From Candidatus Saccharimonadota bacterium (GTDB lineage Bacteria; Patescibacteriota; Saccharimonadia; Saccharimonadales; Saccharimonadaceae), in contig JAFQYG010000003.1 in NCBI GenBank assembly GCA_017406565.1, positions 65,431-129,430 of the forward strand: 64,000 nucleotides of DNA, written 5' to 3'. The notes below the pieces were generated by a model that saw nothing but the letters and a program-made list of their open reading frames with translations, was not told the DNA's origin and did no database searches. Made by a program: the position numbers and the translations under genes. The stretch's first letter is position 1. Each line of letters opens with the position of its first letter. Of the stretch, positions 1 to 9,728 are shown in pieces.

Positions 1-261
1 CAACCATCTTACACGGGCACTCCAGAAGGCTCAGGTGTATCTAATACTCTAAGATCCTATCCTAATAATTTTGTCTATTCTGGGTACATGTTTAGTTCGT
101 CGGTCGGTAGCCGTGGTTCCACCAGTGATTTTTGGTCTACTTCTGCAGTTGATAAATCAGGCGCTTACAGCATGTTTATCACCAGACAAACCGTCTATCC
201 AGGCAATAGCAGCAATAGTAAATATAGCGGGAGAGAAGTACGTTGCGTTGCTGGTGTGTAG
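1..261 (+). CDS. 3' end (5'-partial) of a FISUMP-domain surface protein, paralog of 29054..30850; not in ORF track
   Basis: Frame 1 is open from base 1 to TAG at 259-261: QPSYTGTPEGSGVSNTLRSYPNNFVYSGY...FWSTS...YPG...KYSGREVRCVAGV*. Its last 67 codons are colinear with the C-terminus of the 598-aa ORF (LRAYPNNFVYSGY...YWSAS...KSFGRTARCLAGV*). Confidence 0.9.
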   Translation, partial: QPSYTGTPEGSGVSNTLRSYPNNFVYSGYMFSSSVGSRGSTSDFWSTSAVDKSGAYSMFITRQTVYPGNSSNSKYSGREVRCVAGV

Positions 262-311
262 CCTAGCATCATATAATATCAGTATCCTTTTTTCCAATTC
301 TTAAGTCCAAA

Positions 312-343
312 ATATAATGTATAGTAGCTACTATACATTATAT
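312..343. repeat. 32-bp perfect palindrome (bidirectional terminator or cruciform)
   Basis: ATATAATGTATAGTAG|CTACTATACATTATAT, between the converging FISUMP gene and uvrB. Confidence 0.85.
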
Positions 344-392
344 CTAGCGCCCCATATCTAGAATATTGTCGAACACTTCCCGAACAAAAGTG

Positions 393-2495
393 TTATTTCT
401 TCTCCCCCATAAATTCTTTAATTCGTTCTATTTCGTCTCTTAGAGCTGCTGCTTTTTCGAACTCCAAATTCGCTGCAGCTAGCTGCATCTCGGAAGATAA
501 TTGCTTAATTAGTGCTGGTAATTCATCTTTCGGGATTCGTTTCACATCTAATTGATCAGTCTTTTCTTTTTCTGGGATAATCGCCCGAAGTCCCTTAGAA
601 ATTTCTTTTTGTACTGAATGTGGTTTAATTCCGTGCTTTTCATTGTATTCTTTCTGAATCTCGCGGCGCCGATTGGTCTCTGAAATCGCTTTTTCCATAC
701 TTTCAGTAATATAATCAGCATACATAATAACTTTTCCTTCTTCATGCCGTGCTGCGCGCCCAATCGTTTGAATTAATGCTGATTCAGACCGTAGAAACCC
801 TTCCTTGTCCGCGTCAAGAATTGCTACTAAAGAAACTTCAGGCAAATCCAATCCTTCACGTAGTAGGTTAATTCCCACTAACACATCATAAACTCCTTCA
901 CGCAAATCACGTAAGATGTCACCACGCTCCAAAGTGTCAATATCGGAATGAATATACGCAGTTTTTACGCCACGTTCCTTTAAATGGTCAGATAAATCCT
1001 CCGCCATCCGTTTGGTCAAAGTCGTAATTAATGTCCTCTGCCCTTTAGCGATTCGGCGGTCTATTTCTTCCATTAAATTATCAATCTGACCTTCCGAACC
1101 ACGTACTTCTACTTCAGGATCAAGCAATCCAGTCGGACGAATTACCTGTTCTGCTGGCGCAGGTGATACCTCAAGCTCATATTCTCCCGGAGTTGCTGAT
1201 ACATAAATCGCTTGATTGATATGTTTTTGGAATTCGCCATAAGTCAAAGGGCGGTTATCTAGTGCAGACGGCAAACGAAAACCATGTTCAACCAGTGACA
1301 TTTTTCTGGCGTGGTCGCCATTGTACATTCCGCGTACCTGTGGCAAAGTCATATGCGATTCATCGACAATCAAAAGCCAATCTTTCGGGAAGAAATCAAG
1401 CAAAGTCGCCGGTGGTTCTCCCGCTCGGCGCCCATCTAAATGTCGAGAATAGTTTTCGATTCCCTTCACGAAGCCTGTCTCTTTTAACATTTCCAAGTCA
1501 TATTTAGTGCGCTGACTTAACCTCTGTGCTTCCAAGTATTTTTGATGCTTTTCGAAATATTTCAATCTTTCTTCGAATTCTGCCCTAATTGTCACCAAAG
1601 CTTTTTCTAATTGATCCATCGGCGTCGCATAGTGAGTATTTGGAAAAATATGTATATGATCAGGTTTTTCTCGAATTTCAAAAGTCAGCGGGTCCACGAT
1701 TTTCACCTCTTCCAAAGTGTCAAATCCAAATTCAAATCGATAGGCATATTCTCCGTTGGCTGGATATAAATCAATCGTATCACCCATCACTCGAAAATTA
1801 CCTCGTTCAAATGCCAAATCGTTGCGGTGGTATTGCATTGCCACTAGACGGTGGATGAATTCGAGTTGTGTCAATTTGGGATTTGAAATCGAGAGGTTCG
1901 AGGGGCTTCCGGAGGTTACGACCGAGGGTGAGGGCGCTTCGCCCGTGACGACGGTCCGAAGCGACCCGTCCCCGAGAACTTCCTGATTCAAATCCCAACC
2001 CTGTTCAGTTCGCCACATCGGTAACGACATCTCAGTATAATGGTCTGGCGAACCAATGCCGTAAATACAAGATACGGATGCAATTACGATGCAATCGCGT
2101 CGCGTGAGTAATGCTTCGGTTGCACCGTGTCTCAACCTATCAATCTCGTCATTAATCGCCGAGTCCTTTTCGATATATGTGTCAGTTGAGGCGATATAGG
2201 CCTCTGGCTGGTAATAATCAAAATATGAAACAAAATAGTGTACTTCGTTTTCTGGGAAGAATTCTCTGAACTCTGAATATAGCTGCGCAGCTAGAGTTTT
2301 GTTGTGTGCAAGCACTAGTGTAGGTCGCTGAGTCTTCTCGATAATATTAGCCATCGTGAATGTCTTACCCGAACCAGTCACACCAAGCAATGTCTGTTCG
2401 TGGACATTACGATTAATCCCATCCACGAGTTGCTTAATCGCGGATGGCTGGTCGCCAGTCGGCTGATATTTTGATACTAACTTAAATTTTGCCAT
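393..2495 (-). CDS. uvrB: Excinuclease ABC subunit B, with a ~40-aa in-frame insertion
   Basis: GVTGSGKT Walker [33 protein letters not shown] motifs. Start moved to MAKFKL (2495), which lies 7 nt after TGTTATAAT. Confidence 0.97.
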   Translation of the reverse strand: MAKFKLVSKYQPTGDQPSAIKQLVDGINRNVHEQTLLGVTGSGKTFTMANIIEKTQRPTLVLAHNKTLAAQLYSEFREFFPENEVHYFVSYFDYYQPEAYIASTDTYIEKDSAINDEIDRLRHGATEALLTRRDCIVIASVSCIYGIGSPDHYTEMSLPMWRTEQGWDLNQEVLGDGSLRTVVTGEAPSPSVVTSGSPSNLSISNPKLTQLEFIHRLVAMQYHRNDLAFERGNFRVMGDTIDLYPANGEYAYRFEFGFDTLEEVKIVDPLTFEIREKPDHIHIFPNTHYATPMDQLEKALVTIRAEFEERLKYFEKHQKYLEAQRLSQRTKYDLEMLKETGFVKGIENYSRHLDGRRAGEPPATLLDFFPKDWLLIVDESHMTLPQVRGMYNGDHARKMSLVEHGFRLPSALDNRPLTYGEFQKHINQAIYVSATPGEYELEVSPAPAEQVIRPTGLLDPEVEVRGSEGQIDNLMEEIDRRIAKGQRTLITTLTKRMAEDLSDHLKERGVKTAYIHSDIDTLERGDILRDLREGVYDVLVGINLLREGLDLPEVSLVAILDADKEGFLRSESALIQTIGRAARHEEGKVIMYADYITESMEKAISETNRRREIQKEYNEKHGIKPHSVQKEISKGLRAIIPEKEKTDQLDVKRIPKDELPALIKQLSSEMQLAAANLEFEKAAALRDEIERIKEFMGEKK
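1878..1996 (+). repeat. Palindromic in-frame insertion element in uvrB (type C, antisense to gene)
   Basis: Arms GGGATTTGAA / TTCAAATCCC; inner GGTTC-GA-GGGG ... CCCC-GA-GAAC; encodes [40 protein letters not shown], which is absent from canonical UvrB. Confidence 0.85.
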
Positions 2496-2571
2496 TATAT
2501 AGATTATAACATGGGTACAACAATAAGTATAAGCAACCACTTTTGATAGTTTTATACTATAATAATCATAT

Positions 2572-2790
2572 ATGGCTAAATATATAATTACCGTCAAACC
2601 AGGTTCATCTCAAGAAAAGATTGTTGAATCTACTTCGGGTGAATTAATTGTCTACCTCCGCGCTAAACCACATGATGGTGAAGCAAATACTGCTTTGATC
2701 AAGCTTCTTTCTAAGCATTTTGATATACCTAAGACATCTATCAATATTACTCGTGGTCAAAAATCTCGCGTTAAAACTATCGAATTCTAA
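2572..2790 (+). CDS. DUF167/YggU family protein
   Basis: VKPGSS...[22 protein letters not shown]...RGQKSRVK motif. Confidence 0.85.
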   Translation: MAKYIITVKPGSSQEKIVESTSGELIVYLRAKPHDGEANTALIKLLSKHFDIPKTSINITRGQKSRVKTIEF

Positions 2791-2808
2791 ATCACTGATT
2801 ATTTATTA

Positions 2809-4260
2809 TTAATCGTCTTTGCTCTTCATCGTTGGGAATGGCACTGCTTCACGCCCAGGTACACCTTCAAGTAGCCAGAAATTACGTTCAGAATTACCCC
2901 ATCCACATGCTGGTGGCATACCGTATTCTAGCATCTCTACGAAATCCATATCCAACATCTGAGCTTCCGCATCACCAGCATCTCGAGCCGCTTGCTGTTC
3001 TTGGAATCTTTCTAACTGATCTAACGGGTCATTAAGCTCTGAGAATCCATTTCCCATTTCAGTCCCAGCAATCACAGGATGGAACCTTTCGGTTACCAAT
3101 GGATTATCTACTGATTTCTTTGCTAGTGGTGACAAACTCAGCGGCTCTTCAATTACCCAATAAGGTCCTGCCGAAGTTTTTCGAATCAGCTTCCATACAT
3201 GATCAATTAAATGAGGTGTCGTCATATCAAAATCCGATTCGACACCGTTTTCTTTCAGAATTTTGATTAACTGTTCCCTATCTGGATTAAATACATCTAC
3301 ACCATATTTATCACGTAGTAAATCTGCATATTTATATCGTGGCCATTCACAATCCAAATCAATCTCAAAACCACCTACACTGAACTTCAGTGTGCCCCAA
3401 GTTTGCATACATACATATTTCATCATCTCTTCATAAAACTTCATTCCGTCTTCATAGTTTTCATAGGCAGCGTATGCCTCAAACGCAATATGTTCTGGTA
3501 AATGTTCATCATCTACACCTTCGTTACGGAAGCGTGGTCCAATGTCATAAACTTTTTCAAAACCACCACCAAGCAAGCGCTTCAACGGCAATTCATGCGA
3601 AATACGAAGAAAGAAATCTTCATCCAAAGCATTCATATGTGTTACGAAAGGTTCAGCATCCGCTCCACCAGTAGTATGCTCCAAAACTGGAATATTAATC
3701 TCGATAAAACCATGTTTATTCATAAAATCGCGCGTTGCTTGCCAGAATTTTGAACGCCTGACTAATCTTTCGCGGACCTCAGGATTCACATTCATATCTA
3801 CATAGCGTCGACGATAACGTTCTTCTTTATTTGTAAACTTTTCAGGTAACGGCCGGATTGATTTAGTTAACAATCGTACAAAATTACAAAATACTGAAAT
3901 CTCACCAGTTTGAGATTTATCAACCAAACCTGTCGCTTCCACAAAATCGCCGATATCCAGCAGTTTAATCTCCTTTGCCCCAAACATTCCTTCTGGGCCC
4001 GCTTCACTTACGGCCTTCATGAAAACCTGGACCTCACCAGTATAATCGCGTAACTTTAAAAACACTAGTTTACCAAATGAACGGATAGCAACAATACGGC
4101 CCACAATCGACACTTCCTGTCCTTGTTTTTCATCAAAATGATCAACAATCTCAGAAATCTTGGCTGTGCGATGGCTCTTAGCCGGATATGGGTCTATTCC
4201 GCGTGCCCTTATTTCTTCGAGTTTTCTTAATCTTTCATTTCGGTAATCTTCGAGTAACAT
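2809..4260 (-). CDS. lysS: Lysine--tRNA ligase (class II)
   Basis: OB-fold N-terminus, GGADAEPF, RISHEL, FRNEG motif 2, YGMPP motif 3. Confidence 0.97.
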   Translation of the reverse strand: MLLEDYRNERLRKLEEIRARGIDPYPAKSHRTAKISEIVDHFDEKQGQEVSIVGRIVAIRSFGKLVFLKLRDYTGEVQVFMKAVSEAGPEGMFGAKEIKLLDIGDFVEATGLVDKSQTGEISVFCNFVRLLTKSIRPLPEKFTNKEERYRRRYVDMNVNPEVRERLVRRSKFWQATRDFMNKHGFIEINIPVLEHTTGGADAEPFVTHMNALDEDFFLRISHELPLKRLLGGGFEKVYDIGPRFRNEGVDDEHLPEHIAFEAYAAYENYEDGMKFYEEMMKYVCMQTWGTLKFSVGGFEIDLDCEWPRYKYADLLRDKYGVDVFNPDREQLIKILKENGVESDFDMTTPHLIDHVWKLIRKTSAGPYWVIEEPLSLSPLAKKSVDNPLVTERFHPVIAGTEMGNGFSELNDPLDQLERFQEQQAARDAGDAEAQMLDMDFVEMLEYGMPPACGWGNSERNFWLLEGVPGREAVPFPTMKSKDD

Positions 4261-4280
4261 ATATGTACATTATAACATAA

Positions 4281-4429
4281 GATAGTAGTTTTATGAGCAT
4301 TGAACGAACCAAGTAATTTTTATTAATTTTTAGGTTTTTTGAGCGAGGGTGGTGGGTATAGTGAAAAAATCCGTAAAAAAATTATTAAAAATTACTTGAC
4401 GTGAGTGAAGCGCGAATAAAACTACTATC
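4281..4429. repeat. 149-bp nested intergenic inverted repeat between greA and lysS
   Basis: 14-bp perfect arms GATAGTAGTTTTAT (4281-4294) / ATAAAACTACTATC (4416-4429); 21-bp arms 4311-4331 / 4377-4397 with 1 mismatch; G-rich centre. Confidence 0.8.
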
Positions 4430-4434
4430 GTATG

Positions 4435-4881
4435 TTAATTGATACTAAGAATATTTATTTTTTTACCATTATGTTCAAAAGATTCATTGGCTTTATGTCC
4501 AAGTAAAGCTTTACCAATTGGCGATTCGTTTGAGATTTTGCCCTCTAATGGGTTCGCTTCTGTTGTACCAACTACAGTATAAGTAACTTTCTTACCGTTC
4601 ATATTGAGTGTAACGGTAGCACCAAGGTCAACCTTAGTTTTCTTGCCACCACGAATTACTTTAGCGTTTTTTAAGATTTCTTGGATTTCCAAAATACGGC
4701 TTTCAGCGACTTTTTGCTCGTTCCTAGCTGAACTGTATTCTTCATTTTCTGACAAATCACCAAAAGATCTCGCTATAGCAATCCGCTCAGCAATTGCGGG
4801 ACGCCCTTTAATGAGCTCATCTAGCTCCTTCTCGAGCTCTTTCTTCCCTTCTGCAGTCAAACTGATACTTTTCTTTATCAT
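4435..4881 (-). CDS. greA: Transcription elongation factor GreA
   Basis: GDLSENEEY, ISNESPIGKALLG motifs. Confidence 0.96.
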   Translation of the reverse strand: MIKKSISLTAEGKKELEKELDELIKGRPAIAERIAIARSFGDLSENEEYSSARNEQKVAESRILEIQEILKNAKVIRGGKKTKVDLGATVTLNMNGKKVTYTVVGTTEANPLEGKISNESPIGKALLGHKANESFEHNGKKINILSIN

Positions 4882-4952
4882 AAGAAATCTCCAAAATTAT
4901 CAATCTTAAGTTTACATGAAAACGCTACGCAAGTCAATACATTATTACTATT

Positions 4953-5801
4953 TTAGCTTATGCCTAAAACAAAAAGAAAATAAAATGCCAATCCGTTTTT
5001 AATCATATGCAGTAAAATCCCAGCATAAATCGTTCCAGTGAACTCGCGCATCGCGCAGGCGACTAAAGATAGAGCGAATACGTTTACTCCAACGTTCCAT
5101 TGCAAATGGACAACTCCAAATAGAACTGAGACCAATAAAGATGCAATGATCGCCGCAGTAAGTTGAGTGGTAACTCGAGAGAATTTTTCCCGCATTCTAC
5201 CATATAAATACCCCCTAAAAACTAATTCTTCTGCAATAGGTGCTATCACAACTAGTGTAATAAAAGCCAACGTCCTATCGAACCCATAAATATTCGTATT
5301 AAAAATAATATCCTGATTTTGTTCAATATTGAACCACGAGAACGCGCTAAAGATGCTAAGGAGTACTGCCCCAAGAATGAAATAAACTACTAGTCCGCCT
5401 ATCGAAAGCCCGATGTCAGTCCAAGTTACCCACCCTTCAATACCCAAGGTTCTCGGGGATACAAACTTTGTCTTTTTCCTATCCTTTGATTTTTTATCCT
5501 CTTTTTTGAAACCGCTGAGTACCAATGGTGGCAGGAACACAATCAAACAAAAAGCCAGCACATATGATAAGACCGAAAAAATTGCCGTTGGCACTGGGTT
5601 CAAAAAGTTTTCGCGTCCAACAACTAAAACCATCAAATAGCCGACAATAAACTGTGCTGCTATAAGAGAAATCAAAGCCCACAATATGAGCCCAACTGCC
5701 CAAACAACAACATTCTTAATTTGTTTCTTCTTTGCACTTAGGAGCTTCTTGTCAGCTTTTCTAGGTTTTTTGTCTGTAGCCTTCTTTTGCTTTGCCATCA
5801 C
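4953..5801 (-). CDS. CPBP (CAAX/Abi) family intramembrane metalloprotease
   Basis: APIAEELVFRG, LFGVVH, HMIKN motifs; multiple TM helices. Confidence 0.88.
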   Translation of the reverse strand: MMAKQKKATDKKPRKADKKLLSAKKKQIKNVVVWAVGLILWALISLIAAQFIVGYLMVLVVGRENFLNPVPTAIFSVLSYVLAFCLIVFLPPLVLSGFKKEDKKSKDRKKTKFVSPRTLGIEGWVTWTDIGLSIGGLVVYFILGAVLLSIFSAFSWFNIEQNQDIIFNTNIYGFDRTLAFITLVVIAPIAEELVFRGYLYGRMREKFSRVTTQLTAAIIASLLVSVLFGVVHLQWNVGVNVFALSLVACAMREFTGTIYAGILLHMIKNGLAFYFLFVLGIS

Positions 5802-7114
5802 TTTGCTATCCTAATAATATCGAGAATAGTTACAATGAAGATTAATGCTAATAACATCATCATCGCACGTGAAACGATTCTTTCTTCTATTTCTTTAGTT
5901 AGTTTCTTTTTTCGCAGTTTGTATATAGTAATAAGAAGCCATCTACCACCATCAAGCGCCGGAATAGGCAACACATTCATACAAGCTAGTGATACTGATA
6001 TTAAGGCGGTCAAAAAGGCTAAATTAGCTGGACCTGCCGAAGTAAATGCCGGGAACATTACGCCAATTATCCCTACTGGTCCAGCCACAGAATCGCCAAC
6101 CGCAGAGATCGCTTCTTGCCCATTTTGTCTCACATTGGCATCAGGACTAAACAATGAACCTACACCAGTAACTAAGTTCCAGAGCATGACACCAACCCCT
6201 TTAAATGTTTCACCTGTAATCTGTGCCGTTAAGCCAACGCCTACAATTGGTGCTGACCAAGTCGAATATGACAAAGATTGAGTCGTTGCCATTGTAACAC
6301 CGAGTAAGTATTCCGAATCAGCTGGATTTAATGTCACTAGTTGATCAAAAGTTTGTTTGCCTTCTTCGGGATGTACACAATCACACTCTGACCCTTCCGG
6401 ACATTCGCAAGAATAATTCTTACCTGCATCACGTTGAATCGTATACACTACTGTTTCGCCAGCATGGGCTTGATTATAATCACTAATATCGCTACCATGC
6501 GTGAATTCATTGCCATCAATTGCGACGATGCGATCTCCTTCAATAATTCCAGCAACAGATGCTGGGGAATTCTCCGCTACGGAGGTTATTTCTACAGGTA
6601 CTGATTCGATACGTGTATCATTAGCTATCGTAAACTGACCATCCAAAAATTCCGGCATACCAGTCCATGCTAATATCGTGAATATTATTATAGCAATTAA
6701 CCAGTTTGCTGCCACTCCGCCAAATAGTATTTTCGTTTTTGACCAATAGTTTGCATCACCAAAAGTGCCTTTCCTAGTATCGGCGTCAGATTCTCCATCC
6801 ATTTGGCAAAAGCCACCAATTGGTAGCCAATTTAAACTAAAAACCATCCCCTTTTGGGCTAAGCTTTTATCATCACCATCCGAATAAACCACCTTCGATA
6901 CTTTTTCTTTCCCCCATTCTTTGCGCGGTAGCTTTTTCCATTTTCCGGTTTTTTTGTCTTTAATCCATGCTTTGGCACGTGGCGGAAATCCAATCCCGAA
7001 TTCCAGTACATTGACGCCGTTTCGTCTAGCCATGATAAAATGACCAAACTCATGTGCCGTCACCAAAAACATTAAAACTATTAAACCTACAACAACACCT
7101 AAAAATATATCCAT
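5798..7114 (-). CDS. rseP: RseP/M50 family site-2 protease with PDZ domain
   Basis: HEFGH, NWLPIGGFC, PDZ (SPASVAGIIEGDRIVAIDG), NVLPIPALDGG motifs. Confidence 0.92.
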   Translation of the reverse strand: MDIFLGVVVGLIVLMFLVTAHEFGHFIMARRNGVNVLEFGIGFPPRAKAWIKDKKTGKWKKLPRKEWGKEKVSKVVYSDGDDKSLAQKGMVFSLNWLPIGGFCQMDGESDADTRKGTFGDANYWSKTKILFGGVAANWLIAIIIFTILAWTGMPEFLDGQFTIANDTRIESVPVEITSVAENSPASVAGIIEGDRIVAIDGNEFTHGSDISDYNQAHAGETVVYTIQRDAGKNYSCECPEGSECDCVHPEEGKQTFDQLVTLNPADSEYLLGVTMATTQSLSYSTWSAPIVGVGLTAQITGETFKGVGVMLWNLVTGVGSLFSPDANVRQNGQEAISAVGDSVAGPVGIIGVMFPAFTSAGPANLAFLTALISVSLACMNVLPIPALDGGRWLLITIYKLRKKKLTKEIEERIVSRAMMMLLALIFIVTILDIIRIAK

Positions 7115-7134
7115 AACAATAATTATATCATATA

Positions 7135-7803
7135 TTATTTGCCAAATCTACGATTGCGCTTATTGTATTCTTTTATGATAATATCTATATCTTTAGCGTC
7201 CATCTCAGGGAAGTATTTTTTAATAAACATAAATTCCGCATACGACGATCGCCATAGCATAAAACCAGATATTCTCTCTTCACCGGATGTTCTTACAACC
7301 ATATCTATATCAGGGATTTCTGGATGATATAAGTGTTTTCTGATTGTTTCAGGTGTAATTTCGCCATCAGCTTCAAGAGCGATATTTGCCGCATCAGCGA
7401 TTTCAACTTCTCCACCGTAATTAAAACAAAAACCTACCGTAATTCCATCGCAATCAGCCGTTAGTTTCTCAGCTTTTTCAATTGTGCTGATAAGCTTAGG
7501 TGAAACACGTTTTTTGGAACCAAGCACCATCAATCGTCCATTTTTAGCCTTCATTTTTTCGGCATACTTCATAATCCGCGTTTCAGCTAGTTTCATAATA
7601 TAAGAAACTTCCGCTTCGCTTCGTCCCCAGTTCTCGGTGCTAAACACATAAAAAGTAATATACTTGATGCCTGCGTCAGCTGCACCATCCACTAGTGCTT
7701 GAATAGCATCAAGCCCTTTCTTATGTCCTTCGATTGTTGGCAAGCCCTGTTCTTTCGCCCACCGTCGATTGCCATCGGCAATTATTCCGAGGTGAGTAAT
7801 CAT
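7135..7803 (-). CDS. uppS: Isoprenyl transferase / undecaprenyl diphosphate synthase
   Basis: HLGIIADGNRRWA, FSTENWGRS, RTSGEERISGF motifs. Confidence 0.95.
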   Translation of the reverse strand: MITHLGIIADGNRRWAKEQGLPTIEGHKKGLDAIQALVDGAADAGIKYITFYVFSTENWGRSEAEVSYIMKLAETRIMKYAEKMKAKNGRLMVLGSKKRVSPKLISTIEKAEKLTADCDGITVGFCFNYGGEVEIADAANIALEADGEITPETIRKHLYHPEIPDIDMVVRTSGEERISGFMLWRSSYAEFMFIKKYFPEMDAKDIDIIIKEYNKRNRRFGK

Positions 7804-8345
7804 AGCTTCATTATCTCATCAGATTTAGCTTTGAATTCCGCATCAATTTTGTCAGTGAATTCTTTAGTAAGTTCATCAATTTCTTTTTCAGCACGTTTTT
7901 TGACATCTTCACCCATTTCTTCAGCAATTTTGATTGCCTTACGAGCATCCTCACGAATATTTCGAAGTGCGACTTTAGCTTCTTCTACTTTTGCTGAAGC
8001 GGTTTTAACAATCTCCTTGCGACGTTCTTCTGTTAAGGATGGAATTGGAACACGCACTATTCGACCATCGTCAGAAGGATTTAGACCCAATGCTTGGTCG
8101 GCTCTGATAGCCGCAGCAATTGCTTGAATATTGGCTGGATCAAACGGAGTTACGACCAACAAGGTTGCATCAGCAGCAGTAATGTTCGATACTTGGTTTA
8201 ACGGCATATATTGTCCATATACTTCAACTTTAATTCCAGACAACATGTCAGGATGCGCTCGGCCAGTACGAACTTTTTTCATTTCATCCTTAAATCTTTC
8301 GACCGCTCCTTCCATTTTTTTGCGATCTTCTGATGTATCGAACAT
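7800..8345 (-). CDS. frr: Ribosome recycling factor
   Basis: RTGRAHP, NPSDDG, PSLTEERRKE, RNIR motifs. Confidence 0.96.
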   Translation of the reverse strand: MFDTSEDRKKMEGAVERFKDEMKKVRTGRAHPDMLSGIKVEVYGQYMPLNQVSNITAADATLLVVTPFDPANIQAIAAAIRADQALGLNPSDDGRIVRVPIPSLTEERRKEIVKTASAKVEEAKVALRNIREDARKAIKIAEEMGEDVKKRAEKEIDELTKEFTDKIDAEFKAKSDEIMKL

Positions 8346-8417
8346 AAAAACTCCTTTATTTATATATTTATTATACCATACAACAAAAATTCGGCCCTTT
8401 CGGACCGAACTTATCGA

Positions 8418-8759
8418 TTAGGCTTTTACTTCGTCTTCAGCTTTAGCTTTTTTCTCAGCTTCTTTTTTGACTTTTTTAGCTTTGTTACTAAGCGCAGCTT
8501 TCATCTTAGCAGCCTTAGCGGCACGAGCTTTGAAGCGATCTACACGACCTTCAGTATCGATAATCTTTTCTTCACCGGTAAAGAATGGATGAGAAGCAGA
8601 GGAAATCTGTACCTTAACGAGTGGGTATTCATTACCATCTTTCCACTTGATAGTTTCTTCACTCTTCGCTGTAGACTTAGTCAAAAACGAAAAGCCAGCC
8701 GCTTCGTCTGAAAAAACGACAAAACGATAATCTTTAGGATGTAATTCTTTTTTACTCAT
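8418..8759 (-). CDS. rpmE: 50S ribosomal protein L31 (type B) with Lys/Ala-rich tail
   Basis: [26 protein letters not shown] motifs. Confidence 0.93.
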   Translation of the reverse strand: MSKKELHPKDYRFVVFSDEAAGFSFLTKSTAKSEETIKWKDGNEYPLVKVQISSASHPFFTGEEKIIDTEGRVDRFKARAAKAAKMKAALSNKAKKVKKEAEKKAKAEDEVKA

Positions 8760-8803
8760 AATTAGTGTTATTATATCAGAGATTGAGAAAAAAGTAAAGA
8801 AAA

Positions 8804-8825
8804 AGAGCGGACATCAGTCCGCTCT
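8804..8825 (-). terminator. Rho-independent terminator after the ClpP-like gene
   Basis: AGAGCGGAC-ATCA-GTCCGCTCT, followed by a U-tract on the minus strand. Confidence 0.8.
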
Positions 8826-8836
8826 AGCGCAGTTAT

Positions 8837-9493
8837 CTAAAATATTGTCTCAATTGATGTAACGATTTCATCTATAAAACCTCGTTCTAAAGCATCCTCA
8901 GGCAGTAAATAATATTCTACTCGAGCCAAAGCATCATATTCGGAACTGCGCATATTGCTATGTTTTAAAACATGAGCTTTGACAATTTCCTGATCGAAGC
9001 GCTTTTCGAAGTCCATTTTATCTTGAGCCTTGCTCGTAGAACCAAAGGCGAAAGTAGAACCATCATGCATCAAGAACGAGGATGCAGGCAGTGAAAAACG
9101 TCGGTGCCCAGCTATACCAATTAAGAACGCCATTGAACTCCACTGGCCAACATTAATCGTGTAAATAGGGGTTTTGCTTAGCTCAATCATTGATACTAAA
9201 GCAAATCCTTCAGTAACGCTTCCGCCCGGTGAATTAATATAGAGTCTAATCGGTTTACGCTCTTCAGACGGAATCCCCTCGTCAGCACGATTGAACTCCA
9301 GGATGTATTCTACTAAGGTAGAAGTCAACGATGCATCTGAACAGATACTGTCATCACTATCGACCGGCAGAATCTCCCCGTATAAGTAAAGACGTCTATC
9401 GTCTAATTCTTGTACGCGGCGATACTCACCAATATCGCAATTTACATGCAACGCGATCTTCTCAAGAAGCGAATCAATATTTTTGCTAGACAT
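8837..9493 (-). CDS. clpP: ClpP-family protease (divergent)
   Basis: LYINSPGGSV, catalytic Ser region GQWSSMAF, His in FLMHDG. Confidence 0.82.
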   Translation of the reverse strand: MSSKNIDSLLEKIALHVNCDIGEYRRVQELDDRRLYLYGEILPVDSDDSICSDASLTSTLVEYILEFNRADEGIPSEERKPIRLYINSPGGSVTEGFALVSMIELSKTPIYTINVGQWSSMAFLIGIAGHRRFSLPASSFLMHDGSTFAFGSTSKAQDKMDFEKRFDQEIVKAHVLKHSNMRSSEYDALARVEYYLLPEDALERGFIDEIVTSIETIF

Positions 9494-9627
9494 ATTTCCA
9501 CCCCCCTTCGTTTATTAAAGTACGAACATAGATAACTGTTGACGACTATTTTACGAAATTTTGTATTCTTTCACAAGCACAAGAGTATTACTTAGAAATC
9601 TACACTTTACTTTTTTTAAAAAAATGC

Positions 9628-9728
9628 TATAATGAAACTATTATTAATTTAACGAAACAGTTTTTGGGAGATTTCCTGGCATAGCTTATGCCTATCATAC
9701 CCAAGAACAAAGAGAAAGGAAATCATAT
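9628..9728 (+). promoter_or_regulatory. rpsB promoter (TGCTATAAT) and structured 5' leader
   Basis: -10 at 9628-9633; stem TTTTGGG...CCCAAGAA enclosing hairpin GGCATA-GCT-TATGCC; SD GAAAGGA. Confidence 0.55.

Noticed and set aside
71-304. ORF-track 77-aa ORF on +
   Set aside because: Wrong frame; frame 1 (1-261) matches the FISUMP paralog.
1878-1996. Inteins or group I/II introns as an explanation for the in-gene inserts
   Set aside because: Far too short, with no Cys/Ser...His-Asn intein termini and no recognisable intron core. Splicing by an unknown route is not excluded.
2496-2597. ORF-track N-terminal extensions of uvrB (also recG, trmD, alaS, typA, secG)
   Set aside because: They overlap neighbouring genes or promoters; conserved protein starts and TATAAT/SD signals place the starts downstream.
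4281-4429. T-box or lysine riboswitch upstream of lysS
   Set aside because: No T-box consensus is seen, and lysS has its own -10 8 nt before its ATG, downstream of the structure.
5787-6281. 164-aa + strand ORF and similar long antisense ORFs (23221-23856, 26067-26783, 45656-46252)
   Set aside because: Shadow ORFs opposite well-supported genes, with no motifs or expression signals.
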